A stretch of 63,123 nucleotides of DNA, filler included, from Reticulomyxa filosa (GCA_000512085.1; 22 parts of 22 records of this genome joined end to end with filler, not necessarily neighbours in it); one strand, 5' to 3'; counted from the whole stretch's first letter, positions 27,421 through 39,744 are shown. Program-made: numbers and translations. The notes: generated from the sequence alone by a model not told the origin.

Positions 27421-29600
27421 GAAAAAGTCTTCGAAACGTACTTCTGCTGCAGGTCGTCCGCAAAGAGGACAGACAAGTGCAAGGGGAAGAGGTCGGAGGG
27501 GGAGACGATGAAAGACTTTGATCATATGTCATTTTCTTTTATTGTTATTATTGTGTTGTTGCTTCTCTTTATTTATTTATTTATTTTTTTTTTTTTTTTT
27601 TTTTTTTTTTTNNNNNNNNNNNNNNNNNNNNNNNNNNNNNNNNNNNNNNNNNNNNTTAATTAATTAANNNNNNNNNNNNNNNNNNNNNNNNNNNNNNNNN
27701 NNNNNNNNNNNGGGAAAAGTAATAGAAATGCTTAAGATAAACTTTGAATTGAAATACAAATGAAGAAAAAAAGCAATTGTAATGAAATAGTTATTTCCTG
27801 AAAAAGGGTAAACGAAAAAAGATAACACAATGGCTAGAAGAGTTATGAGAAGAAACAATTCTTACTCACTGTTTTATGTTGGATTGTTCCTACTTCCACT
27901 TTCAAATACGTGAGATAGTGTTTTCATATAATAAATTTGAATTTCACAATTATGTCTTAAACTAATTTTTCTTTCATTTGGATATCCAAGATCAATACCA
28001 AACTATCATAAAAGTGATAATTCTTCCGACAGCAACAAGTTTTCCAAAAATAACAAGCGATGTTTTAAAATGATGTAATGAAAAAACACAATTGAAATTG
28101 ATCACAAGGAGCGTGTGTCAAATCGATATTCCAAAATGAAGAAAATTGGGACGGACACTATTATTTTTTTTGCAAATTTCTCTAACCAATGTGAGATTGC
28201 ACATAGTATAGGTTTACCTTCTTGCTAGCTTCTTCAAACAACTTTGCTTGATCCAATTCAAATTCTTGTATGTCGAATTACTACTTTGCTGAGAAAATCC
28301 TAATTTACTTCAATCAACTGTGATCTCCTCCCAAGATTTACTGATCAAAAAAGAAAAGAATATTCAAAATATGTTGCTACATTAATGGAATAAAAATAAA
28401 ACAAATATCTTGTAAAATTTGAAGTACTTTTAACATAATTCATCAACAAAATGATGTTAAATCTTATTTATATTGCACTTGATCATTGTAAAAAAAAAAG
28501 CAAAGCGAATTATTGGCTGAATTTGAAAATAGCAATGGGAAGACGTTGTTTCAATCACAATATCAATTTATTTTGTATGTTCCTTGCTGAAAAAGACAAA
28601 AACCAAACATGCCACACTGAATATTGTAAGCAATGGTTTACCATTTGTCGAAAAGGATAGAGAAAAATGGATAAAAACGAGTCAAACTTGGGACATTTTT
28701 TCTGCTTAGCTCAATATTATTCATTAAAGCAAAAAAGAAAAAACACAACTTTAATAAGGACTTTTTAAAATAAATGAAGTGTATAATATGTTTGATTTTT
28801 ATGATAACCAAATCCCAAAATAATATTAACTTGAAGAGGTTTAAAAAAATTATTCTAACAACCCCGTTTACATTTACTCATTACATTGCTGGACTTTAAT
28901 ATCTTTTTAACACATATAACGTGTTTTATGTTATTTGATGATATTTCGGAGAAGAATTGAAAAGAGTGCAAGGTTCAGTGAATGAAAAGAAGGTCACAAT
29001 TCCTTCCACAAGGGCAAAATTTGGTTGTGACACACGGACAACAAAAATGCGCAACAGCAACAAAAGTTTGCAAAATACATGCACAAACATTTTCAGTCAC
29101 GATCTTGTACTTTGCTTTTGCTGTCGAAAAATGATTTGGATTTTAATATACCATTACGTAATCTTGTTTGTTGTAGCTATTGCTAGCTTTGACATTGTTC
29201 CAATTGGTTTTGAGTTTTTTTGTCTTCCAAATCTAGTTTTAAAAATGTATATTTGCATTTGCACTTGTGATTATATTTTTGTTATTGCTATTAGCAATTG
29301 TATTATTATTGTTGATATGGCATATTTTTTAAAAACCATATGTCGTTCAATCTGCATATACAATAGTTTGCAAAAAAAACATTGCCTTTTTAGTATTTGA
29401 CTTTGCAGAAACTTTTACATGAAGTGATAAAAAGGGTTATTTATGTGATTTAATTTCTAAGAAGATACTATCAACAGGCGAAAAGGTAATCAAAAAACAA
29501 NNNNNNNNNNNNNNNNNNNNNNNNNNNNNNNNNNNNNNNNNNNNTTAATTAATTAANNNNNNNNNNNNNNNNNNNNNNNNNNNNNNNNNNNNNNNNNNNN

Positions 29601-31035
29601 TTTACATAATGCACGAATACATTCATTTTCATCTTTTAATCCATTCAAACATTCAAAAATATCATCCAATTATTTTTTATTTAATTTCATTGTAATTCCT
29701 TCAAGTAAATCTCTGGATGTGTCACAATAATATCCATTTATATTTTGAAATCCGTCAATCAAACATTGAAAAGTAATATTCAATTTTTCATTCCATTTCT
29801 TTGAAAGTGTTACAAGTGATTTTGTACATGAGTACGAACATTCGTATCACTGTCTTTTAATTCATTTGTGAAACATGAAAAGCATCAACGAAATGTCTTC
29901 CATTTAGATTAACTGCAATTGTCCCAAGTAATTCTGCACATTTCTTACGCACACCTTCATTATCATTTTTATCAGTGAATATCCATTGAAGAGTTAAAAG
30001 CTTTATTCAATTGTTGTTCATTACATTTTTTTGACGTTTCTTTAAGTAATTGAATACAGTTGATACGAGTATTTTGGTGTTCCTTTTTATCATTTAACTT
30101 ATCCAAAAAGTAATTCAATGCAATGTTCATTTGTTTTTATCCAATCTCTGTGCAATCATTTTAGTATATTAGCGTATTTATCATTACGTATATACGTATT
30201 TATTTCTTCACAATTTAATCTACTAATGAAACAATTAAAGGCATTACCGAATTGTCTTTTAGGCAATTTCATTGTAATTGCTGCAATTACTTCATCTACA
30301 TCGTGAAACGCACTATAAGAGTGATCTATATCAATGTATATCTATTAAAGAATTGAAAGCATTAATTAATTGTTTTTCATTCCATTTCATTGAAATTTTT
30401 TCCAATTAAATTTGCGCATTTTCTACGATCATTATTGTCTTTTTCATCGGATAATCGACCAAATATTTAAAGACATCATCTAACTGTTCTCCTTTCAATT
30501 TCATTATAAATTTAGTCACGTTCGTTTCATAATACCAATCATAAAAATATGAAGGAAAACTATGAATGAAACATGCATTACCCAACTGTTTTCCTCCCAA
30601 TTGTGATAAAATCGTTGCAAGTACGTGTGCACAGGATTACAAATTGTAATTTTTCTACTCTCAAAGGCATTCACCAAACATTCAAACACTTTATTCAATT
30701 GTCTCTCGTTCAATTTCAATGCTATTTTTAAAATTGATTTTGCACAATTATTATGAACATCTTCATCTTTGTAAACAAGTCTATCCATGAACAATTCAAT
30801 AATATCATCCAATCGTTGTTTATCTAATTTCACTGATATCACACAAAGTAACGTTGCACACGTCTCATTGTTTTTAAAAATTTTTTTTGTAACATTGGAC
30901 AACAACATCTGAAGTTTCTGTTGAAATACAAAAAAACTGTAATAAATTCAATCCATATTTTATTAATCCCTTATCATCAAGTGTACTCAACTGTGTTTGA
31001 ATTATCTTAATTTAATCAATGATACACAAGTGGAT
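29601..31035 (-). pseudogene. Degenerate HEAT-like repeat region
   Basis: Repeated VRKKCAELLGTIA / VHNNCAKSILKIALKLNERQLNKVFECL / LDDVFKYL units with several frameshifts and stops. Confidence 0.7.
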
Positions 31036-34000
31036 NNNNNNNNNNNNNNNNNNNNNNNNNNNNNNNNNNNNNNNNNNNNTTAATTAATTAANNNNNNNNN
31101 NNNNNNNNNNNNNNNNNNNNNNNNNNNNNNNNNNNGAACTGGTCAGAGCCTTTTTTATTTAAAAAATTTTGTGACTACAGAGTCATGTTTCGCTAAAGAT
31201 GGATATTACAACTGAGCCAATGTGAGTAAATTGAACAATTTATTTGTTTCAATCGCAAGAAAGTTGACAACAATTCTATTGAAATAGACAAAGACATTGA
31301 TTTATCACATATTGTCAGTGATAATTGCTTGAAGTAGTTTTTGAATGCCAGTCCTAATTTATGCAATATTCAATCGCGCAATGATTGTATGTATGCTTAA
31401 ACCAAATTTCACAGCGATTTATTGATAATCTGAAAATGATATGCCTACTAAGTCTTCAACAGAATTCTCAAAATATACATACATATCACATATTGTCAAA
31501 AAAAATATTTGCTTTGACAAAATCATTTTTGAGAATTAATCCTTTTTTTTATGTCAACATTCAATAATAAAAGTTTTTCTTAGAATCAAATTTTATAAAC
31601 TTATTTCTTTTAAGCATTAAAAAAAAATGGTGTATGTAACTTTTGAAAAAGATATTTTCACGATAAAAAATTATTAAAACAAATTTAATTGAAAGAATTT
31701 AAAAAAATTTTTTTTTAAAGAAATAATTTGACATCAATTAGTTGCAAAAAAAATAAATTGAACTTGAACTTATTAATTAATAATAATCAGATCATGTAAG
31801 CTATTTCAGAACAATATGTAAGTAATTTATCACTTTGAAAATAAACGAACGAGATGCAATGTGGAATGCAAAAATAAACGAACTAAATGTAGCTTGGAAT
31901 GCTAAAATAGACGAAACGAATTTAAAAAATCAACAGTTAACTTCATATTTCACTCTTGTCTATTCCATTGTCAAAAGTTTTGACTTTTTCTTATTTATTT
32001 CGACTTATGTCTTCGACAGGAGGATAAGTCATAATTTTCTATGTATGTAACAATATTCACAATTATTTTTCTTTGTTTTGGGAAATAGAATAAAAGACAG
32101 AGAAGAGATGGACAGAAAGGAACTGGAAAAAAAATATCAAGAAATAGAAAAGGTAAACACAAATGAAACGTATATGGTATATTTGCTCCCATGGATTTAA
32201 TCTTTGCTCTGTTTGGACTTTGAAAACAGTGCACAAACAACACTGAGATCCAAAACCAAGCACTCAAGACCCAGAATCAAGAGAATGAAACAGAAATGAG
32301 CAAATGGAAACAACTTGACCAGTTTATTTTAAACGACAACAACAAAAACACATTATGACATTTAACTTCATTTGTATGCAATAAATAGGGAAAACAAGAC
32401 TCAACTCTCTCAACTGAAAATAGAATTGACCGAAAAAGTGTGCAAACAGCACTTTGATGTCCTATTTCTTTATCTGAGCACACACACAATCCATGATACA
32501 TTACATAGTTTTTGCACAAATAAACATACATAACAGACATCTCGTATATTAGAACTCGAAGAGATCAAACGCAACAGTAGCATGAGTAATGATTTAACTT
32601 TGTATCAACATCCAACTGTTTTAGTTGTCAAGGAATTGATTTTGACCGAATAACTGAAAACAATATCTTTTGGAGAAAAAAAGCTAAATTTTTTACTTCT
32701 TTGGGATGGTAATTCTTCTTGCCATAAAACAAATTTTAAAAAGTTGAAAAATCGCACTTTAAAATTGAAAATATAATATTTGGGGGAAGGGGGGAATTTA
32801 TGTTTTGAAGGAAATTATATATCAGAATCTTCAAATTCATATACATTGTCCTATTGAACTGAAATGATCACAATTTACACTACGTTCCCNNNNNNNNNNN
32901 NNNNNNNNNNNNNNNNNNNNNNNNNNNNNNNNNTTAATTAATTAANNNNNNNNNNNNNNNNNNNNNNNNNNNNNNNNNNNNNNNNNNNNAACTCAAGTCC
33001 ATGGACTACCTGGCGCAAGATCATCTTTTTTTTTTTTTTTTTCAATTATTTCTTGTTATTATGTGTTGGTTAATTCTAAAAAAAAAATGTTGGATTTTTT
33101 TTTTTAATGACAGTTGAAAAGTTTTTTATGAAATAATCTTTATTTGTTTATTCAAAGATCAGTAATAACAAATCGGCAAATAAAATATGTTTTTTTTTTT
33201 AAACAAAAAATATTGGCAAAACGTCAAGCAAATTGTTTTTTTCATCAATAACAAAAACATAAAAAATGATTTTGAAGGAAAAAAAAGATCAGAAACTAGT
33301 CTAGCCAAAATCCGCAGGTTGCAGCACACCGTCGTTCTTGAGAATAATGACTAGCTGGCAAAATCTGATCTTAATTTCATTTCTATTTCAGGTAGTTAAA
33401 AATATTATTATTGCTCTGGTCCCTTACGCTTTACAAAATTTCATTCATCATATTTTTTTTTTTTGTGTATGACCCAAACTGATTAGAAAATTTTATCTAA
33501 TAGAAGATTTTGCTTGTGTTTGTGTGCGTGACTGTGACCAAGAGATTTTTTGTATGTAATTTTGTCAATAGATATTATCGTTTTATTGTTTATGTTATTT
33601 TGCGTATGATGGTTATTTGTGGTCAATAATAAGCAAAAAAAAAAAACAGTTGATTACAATGTGGATCCACGAAAATATATTTTGTTGGATCAACACAACA
33701 CATTTTCAATAAAAAAAAAATTTTCATTTAACATTATTGTTGCATTCATTTTGAATAATGTTCCAAAAAAATTATGCTTAATCTATTTTTGAGATTGGAA
33801 GTTTCACCCTGTACTAAATAATTACATCTTTCAAATGTCCAAGCGTGCGGATAGAGTCGCTTGAGCAAAAAAAAAAAGAAACTTTTGTGTAAACAACATT
33901 TCTGCAATAAGGATAATTTGAAAGAAAAAGATTAAATAATGCCAGTATCTTTGACACTATTGAAAAGAAAAACGGATTTGGCAGAAGCACTCCGTTCTCG

Positions 34001-34177
34001 TAGAGGCCTGATGCCAACAGATGCTCTACCGTCAGGTAAAAAGAACAACAGTATAATGACAAGAAATTTTGTTAAAAAAAGAATTTCGTATATCGCAAGT
34101 TTTTTTCAAAAGATTTTCAATAATCTTTACAAACATTTTTATATCTTTGTCTCTCTGTGACTAATAACATATTTCAT

Positions 34178-34537
34178 TTACATCGTTTTCAATGTACCTG
34201 CCGTTCCAAGGATTGAAAAGTTCGAATTTTTGCAAGCGATTGCTCTTTGAGTCGATTTCAAATCGACGTACGAAGATTTTTTGGCATGATATTGATATGT
34301 GTCTTTGACATCATCAATGCACTTGCTATGCAAGAAATCGCATCGATAGTTAGAATTTGAAGTGCTATTTGTGAATGGGAATGCTATCCTTATGATGATC
34401 AAAGGCCAAGTGCAAGTTTCAACGCGCTCAAATCTGTCATACATGTCTGCATGTCGAACAAGCAATTCGTTCGCGAACTTGTCGGCATCACTGGCCAAGT
34501 CATCAAGTCGAGCAGCTTTCAAATATTGTCGTGTCAT
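34178..34537 (-). CDS. Hypothetical protein
   Basis: A GC-richer open frame from MTRQYLKAARL, transcribed divergently from the Vps4-like gene. No family recognised. Confidence 0.35.
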   Translation of the reverse strand: MTRQYLKAARLDDLASDADKFANELLVRHADMYDRFERVETCTWPLIIIRIAFPFTNSTSNSNYRCDFLHSKCIDDVKDTYQYHAKKSSYVDLKSTQRAIACKNSNFSILGTAGTLKTM

Positions 34538-34906
34538 CTTTATATAATGGAACAACGACAAAAACAGTGAAAGTTTCAAAAACTTAAATTTAAGTGTTAG
34601 CTTTCTTACTGCATCTATTTATTTATGCGTAACTAATCCATGTACACTTTTTTTTTGCAAACTTTTGTACAATATTTTGGTACTACAAGCATTATAATAA
34701 GATAAATTGTTTTTAGATGAAGAAGATACAACTGGTTCCAAACATCTTGTGCCAACAATGTATTAGATTTTGTGGACAATATTTTGTTGAAATTGAGACG
34801 TTAATTTAGACCTCTTTTCTTTTTTTTTCAGCATTTTTAAAAGATTAGAATACATTGTTTTTTTCTGGTGTACGAACGAGAGAGGCTCCCATGTCCAGGA
34901 TAGAAA

Positions 34907-36022
34907 ATGGCACAAAATTCGAGCAATGAGAATATCTCTTTGGCAAAAGCGACAGAGATTCTCAACCGAGCGATAATAAAGGATAACAACGTAAATTATT
35001 TTCAAAAAAAACACACTAGTGTTCTTATCTCAAAGAGGTAGAAAGAATGGCAGCAAAAAACAAACTCAACAGCAACAGTATGAAGAAGCACTGGTCTTGT
35101 ACAAGGAAGGTTTGCAATCGTTGTTTGTGGCGAAGAAAGCCGAAAAAGATCAGGCCGTTGCCAAAGAGATTGGAAAGCAACTGCAGCAGCATTTGACCCG
35201 AGCGGAACAAATCAAAGAGGAAATATCTGTTAAACACGAAAAGCCAGACCGATGGCATATTGGTAAGTGTTTTTATTTGAATATTTGACAAAGTTATTTT
35301 ATATACTGTTTATCTTTGGCGACATTTATACCATTGGGTGTGTGTATGTGTGTGTTTGTGTGGGGAAAAAAAAAAAAAAAAAAAAAAAACGGCACCCTAC
35401 AAAAAGCGCAAGCATTATGGACTACAACCACTGAACATGTTTTGGCGCATTGGATACGTCATTCAGGTCCTTTTGATAATGTTGAGTATACATTCCTCCC
35501 GTCAGAATTGATTGACATCATTACTGAATTTGCTCAAAGTTTTGATTGGCACACGTGCATGCATATGCACGTACATAGATGCGTACACACAAATATACGT
35601 GCACATATGTGTAGTAGCAAAAAAAAAAAAAAAAAAGATTTAATCGACAAAGCGAGAAAAAAAAAAAACAAAAAAAGGAAACTGAAAATGCAACGCAAAA
35701 ATAGAGACCGAATTCGTGTTGTCCCCGGGCATAACATTGGAAAGACCAGACACAGATTGGGCGAACGTGATCGGGCTCGAGAATGCCAAGCAGTCGCTTC
35801 GAGAGAGAGTGGTGTTGCCGGTGAAGTTTCCTCAGCTATTCCAAAAGTGGAGATGGAGTAACATGCTCTTATATGGACCGTCTGGCTCTGGTAAGTCGCT
35901 TCTCATTCGAGCCGTTGTAAAAGAATGTGCCGTTGTCACCTTGTTTACGCTCAACTGCAGAGAGGTCTATCAATACGGCCCTCCTGAAATAGAATTGAGT
36001 ATTAAACAGGTGTTTCATGAGG
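34907..36022 (+). CDS. Vps4-like MIT + AAA ATPase with an extra HWIR-like exon (3' truncated)
   Basis: MIT domain LAKATEILNRAIIKDNN|QQYEEALVLYKEGLQ...LTRAEQIK. AAA domain ERPDTDWANVIGLENAKQSLRERVVLPVKFPQLF...LLYGPSGSGKS. Confidence 0.85.
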
Positions 36023-36543
36023 TATATATGCATAAACAAAAAAAAAAAAAAAANNNNNNNNNNNNNNNNNNNNNNNNNNNNNNNNNNNNNNNNNNNNTTA
36101 ATTAATTAANNNNNNNNNNNNNNNNNNNNNNNNNNNNNNNNNNNNNNNNNNNNGCTGATGTTTCAACAATGCCACAGTCTGAACAAACAAATAGAGAGAT
36201 GCTTGACCCTGTTGTCATTTAAGACTTTTTCATTTCGTCTTATATTCTAAACAACTTCTCAAATGGTTTATTGCTTGCACTGATAAAGAAAATCGAAAAA
36301 ATGAATAGAAAGAAGAAAAATTGGTGTTTTTTTTTTTAGTATCAATTATTTATATTTCCATTTCATTTCATTTCGTGTCTCGCTTTTTACTTATATTATT
36401 TTTAACAAACCTTTGTTGTTTCATGTTCGTCACATTGGTTTTTATGTAAGTTTTTCTAGAACTAAATAAAACTGAACTAGGCTAAAAAAAAAAAAAAAAA
36501 AAAAAGAAAAATGAACACCAATCACACTTATTCAAAGAATACT

Positions 36544-38024
36544 TTAAGTACCATTTGGGTCGCAGATAACTTTGACAGACCCATTGGACCATGGATGCAT
36601 ATTTGACAAACTCCATTCACGGGCGTCAAATGGAAATGTTTTTTTGTAACTCATCACTCCAAATTTCTGTCATTGTAAAATTATATTCGGGATAATCTTT
36701 CCATAAACAATTTTGGATAATTTTGGGCCCTTTGGCGTCTAATAGTATTTGCCCTTCGAAATTGGGGAGCTCATAAATGATGACTCTAGTGTTTGGATCA
36801 ATCGCAACTGCGTCAAATGTGTGCAATACAGCTTTTGGAAATGCCTCCGAATTTCTGGGGTATTCCCCTTGACCCACATATTCACTATAATCATCAATGG
36901 TATAAGGCTGTGAGTGATTACTGGCCTTAAATCTACTTGCAAAAATGGCTCCAGTGAAATGAGCACCACAATTGGAGGCGATTGGTTTTTTTGTTGTAAA
37001 GTTAACATTGGCAGGGATTGTGGACCAATCTTTCCTACTAAAACTTGCCAATTCTTTCATCGCCTCATTCTGTTTTATACTTTCAAAATATTTTGCACTC
37101 AATTTTTTTGAGGAGTCACAGAACATTTCACTCAATTCTTTTTTTGGAGTGACTACTTCTTTTTGGTTAGCATTATCGTGCACCACGAAAGTGCACTCCG
37201 CATTTGTTGTGGCCTTCATCGGTAAGAAATTTGTGCCATTGTAAAATATGTCCTCTGTCACTGTGTTGTTAAACAGAGTCTTACTTTTAAATGCAGTTTG
37301 CCCTTCAAAGTGACACATGGACACATCTCCATTGGGAAGCAATTGCTCCAATCTTCCATAAATTGTGCCTTTTTCTATTTTTTGCACGGAACATGTCTCC
37401 ATTTGAAAGGCTTGCTTTGTCACAAATTCAATAGCTTCCTTCACTTTTATTTGATTGTCCAGATCCAATGATTTGTGAATAAATTTTTGACTATTTTCGA
37501 TACTGCTTGCCACAAGTTTTGTAAATGTTTTTTCCGAATAAGGCTCATCTTCTGCAAAAAAAAATGTATAGTTAATTTTTTTTTTTTTTTTTTTTTTTTG
37601 TAAGTGATACAGAAGTCTACGTATACAACAAAAAGTAATAATACCTTTTATTTCAGTTACTTGATTTGCAACAATTTTTTTAAAGGTAATAGCAAAAATA
37701 GGCAAAAGTGGGCGACCTTCACGAATGCAATATTCATCGTACATGAGGTCTCCGGACACTTCTCCAATGGAATTCACTCGTACATAGTGAGAATCAAATT
37801 TAGAGTCGATGGATTGGCCGTCCATACGTTGCTGGATCTCTTTAATGTTACCACAATTGGCAAGGAAGCAGATCACTGTGCACACGTTAGAGCGGACCAT
37901 TTGATCAGGTTTATGCATCCACGCATAACGAGCTGCGTACTGAGGAAATGATGTGAAGTAATGACCTCTTCCGTAATATCCACCATCCATTTGAAAAAAT
38001 TGGGTCAATCCATTATCAAATATT

Positions 38025-38025
<1 letters not shown>
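36544..38025 (-). CDS. PARP-like ADP-ribosyltransferase domain fused to an uncharacterised C-terminal domain (5' truncated)
   Basis: DGGYYGRGHYFTSFPQYAARYA, FDSHYV and DEYCI...LLPIF give the PARP-type Y and E catalytic positions. In-frame 93-nt intron at 37552-37644. Removing one A from the run near 36640 extends the frame to ...NMHPWSNGSVKVICDPNGT* at 36544. Confidence 0.75.
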
Positions 38026-38061
<36 letters not shown>

Positions 38062-38293
38062 NNNNNNNNNNNNNNNNNNNNNNNNNNNNNNNNNNNNNNN
38101 NNNNNTTAATTAATTAANNNNNNNNNNNNNNNNNNNNNNNNNNNNNNNNNNNNNNNNNNNNCCGGACAACTTCTAAAAGCCGTATCGACGGCGGCGGCGT
38201 TGTGTGACGCTTACCGGGTGGCTTCCGGCCACCCACGCCGCTGTTCGCCCCGTCGGCGCATAGGTGCCGGAGGCTGTATTCACAGGGGAGAAA

Positions 38294-38350
38294 TAGCGCG
38301 CCCGGAAGGAGTCGAACCTCCAGCCTTCTGATTCGTAGCCAGAAGCTCTA
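38294..38350 (-). tRNA. tRNA-Arg(ACG) 3' fragment (probable att site, not a full gene)
   Basis: Minus strand TAGAGCT-TCTGG-CTACGAA-TCAGA-AGGCT-GGAGG-TTCGACT-CCTTC-CGGGCGC-G-CTA. The anticodon arm, T arm and 3' acceptor strand are present. The 5' acceptor strand and 5' half of the D arm are missing. Confidence 0.85.
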
Positions 38351-38375
38351 CACAAAGTGTTTCGTCGATCGGCAA

Positions 38376-39002
38376 CTAGCTTTCTACCTGTGCTAACAGT
38401 CGAAAAAGCGAATCGCTCATACTCTCATCAAAAGCATCGTTGTATCGGTCCAGCCGTTCGGCCAGACGATTGTACGTCCGCCATCGCATCCATTTCGGCT
38501 TCGGGGGCCGTCCGTTGCGCCAGTTACCTTGACCACTCAACACCCGGTACGTTTTGATCGCTTGTCGCTGAGCGCGCGCCGCAGGGCTTTCCCTCTCGCA
38601 GGCGTAGGCCAAGCCCCAGGTGGCGCGGCTTAGGAACCGATGACCGCCAAATGGCAGGTAAAGCTTCATGCAGCGCCTGCCCGTGCGCGGGCACCGGAAC
38701 CACCAGCGAACCCCACCGAACGGCTGGAGCGTCGTTTCCAACGGCACACGGTAAGTCTCCCACTGCCAGGAACCGTCACGCCGCGCGTGGCACAGTTCAA
38801 TGAACCGGGAATAGGGGTCAATCGTGTCGACTGTGACCAACACGGGAAAGGCCAAACCATCCGACCAAAAGGCAGACGGCGTCGTAAACCTCGTGCCAGG
38901 CTCGATCCGGGCACGCACGAAGACCGTCGTAGTCAGAACGAACGGCGCACAGTCCTCGCTTGCGCGCCAGCGGCTCGATCGTCCCGAACCTTTTCCACCC
39001 AT
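38376..39002 (-). CDS. Conserved bacterial hypothetical protein of mobile-element type (208 aa)
   Basis: Probable start MGGKGSGR at 39002. Motifs FGGVRWWFRCPRTGRRC..LY, LAY..E and PPKPKWMRWRTYNRL are recalled from prophage/island hypothetical proteins. Basic and possibly Zn-binding. Confidence 0.75.
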   Translation of the reverse strand: MGGKGSGRSSRWRASEDCAPFVLTTTVFVRARIEPGTRFTTPSAFWSDGLAFPVLVTVDTIDPYSRFIELCHARRDGSWQWETYRVPLETTLQPFGGVRWWFRCPRTGRRCMKLYLPFGGHRFLSRATWGLAYACERESPAARAQRQAIKTYRVLSGQGNWRNGRPPKPKWMRWRTYNRLAERLDRYNDAFDESMSDSLFRLLAQVES

Positions 39003-39331
39003 GGTGCCAATATCCCCAAATGATGTGGTTAACTCTCTACCCCTTAAGGCCCGTATCCTGCCCCCTACAGCGCCTTCGGATTCGGGCAGGGATGAAATGC
39101 TCACAGACGAGGGAGCGATTTCTGGGCGCATAAGAATCGCATGGCCCACCAATTGAGCGTGGCGAACCAGTGATAACGGGCTTCCGGCAGTTGAGGTGAT
39201 AGACAGGGGCTAATTAACCCTCAATTTTCCCTGACTTTCCGAAAAGCCACGCTAGAGGACAACCGAAACCAAAGGGGTGCCCACCTTGAGTTTCCCTAAC
39301 TTTGAACGGTGGGCCACCGATGAGATTGGCA

Positions 39332-39366
39332 AGAGGGCTGAAGGAAGGCGAAGCCTTCAGCCCTCT
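39332..39366 (-). terminator. GC-rich hairpin, possible terminator
   Basis: Perfect 13-bp inverted repeat AGAGGGCTGAAGG / CCTTCAGCCCTCT, about 60 nt downstream of the 39427 stop. No clear U-tract. Confidence 0.45.
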
Positions 39367-39426
39367 GCCGAGTGATTCCTTACCGTAAGAAGAACGAAAG
39401 GCTGGGTGTCGCCTATGGACCGGCCT

Positions 39427-39744
39427 TCAATTTGCAGCCGGTTGCTGCCCGATCGATAGGACAAGCCGTGACACAGTCCAGTAGTCTCCCTGCAGAACGA
39501 GGGGAGCAGCACGGTAGTGCTCGACAAGGATGTCGCGAGCCTTGTCTGCGTGCCTTTTCTCCGGGTATTTGAGGCCAGTTAGAGAGCCGAGCGGCACAAA
39601 CACGTAACCCTCAGGCGGGTTCGGTCGGCCCGATGCTCCGTCCTTGAAGAAGGCAATACCTAGGTCCTTAGTCATCGCGTCTAAATGAGCCTTCTTGAAG
39701 TTAGCAAGAACGCGTTCGACGAGCTGCCGATCCCCGCGCGCTTC
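39427..39744 (-). CDS. Bacterial hypothetical protein, C-terminal 105 aa
   Basis: The frame is open from the contig edge (EARGDRQLVERVLANF...) to the stop at 39427. Confidence 0.6.
   Translation of the reverse strand, partial: EARGDRQLVERVLANFKKAHLDAMTKDLGIAFFKDGASGRPNPPEGYVFVPLGSLTGLKYPEKRHADKARDILVEHYRAAPLVLQGDYWTVSRLVLSIGQQPAAN

Larger units (their letters stand above)
38162..39744. mobile_element. GC-rich bacterial contig: boundary of a tRNA-integrated element
   Basis: Abrupt high GC, no introns or homopolymer tracts, bacterial-type ORFs and a truncated tRNA copy. Confidence 0.7.

Noticed and set aside
27712-29500. Coding ORFs 28451-28660 and 28957-29400
   Set aside because: No recognisable motifs or exon-like composition; probably non-coding or heavily decayed. 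The same holds for contig 13609-14876.
38294-38350. Functional tRNA-Arg gene
   Set aside because: The upstream sequence cannot form the 5' acceptor strand or the full D arm; only the 3' 57 nt are present.
39003-39152. N-terminal 50 aa of the 258-aa ORF
   Set aside because: It begins at a non-ATG codon, and the family-like sequence starts at MGGKGSGR (39002).
36154-39744. PARP-like gene next to the bacterial island as one defence locus or an HGT junction
   Set aside because: The two are separated by a linker, so they are different contigs with no evidence of physical linkage.
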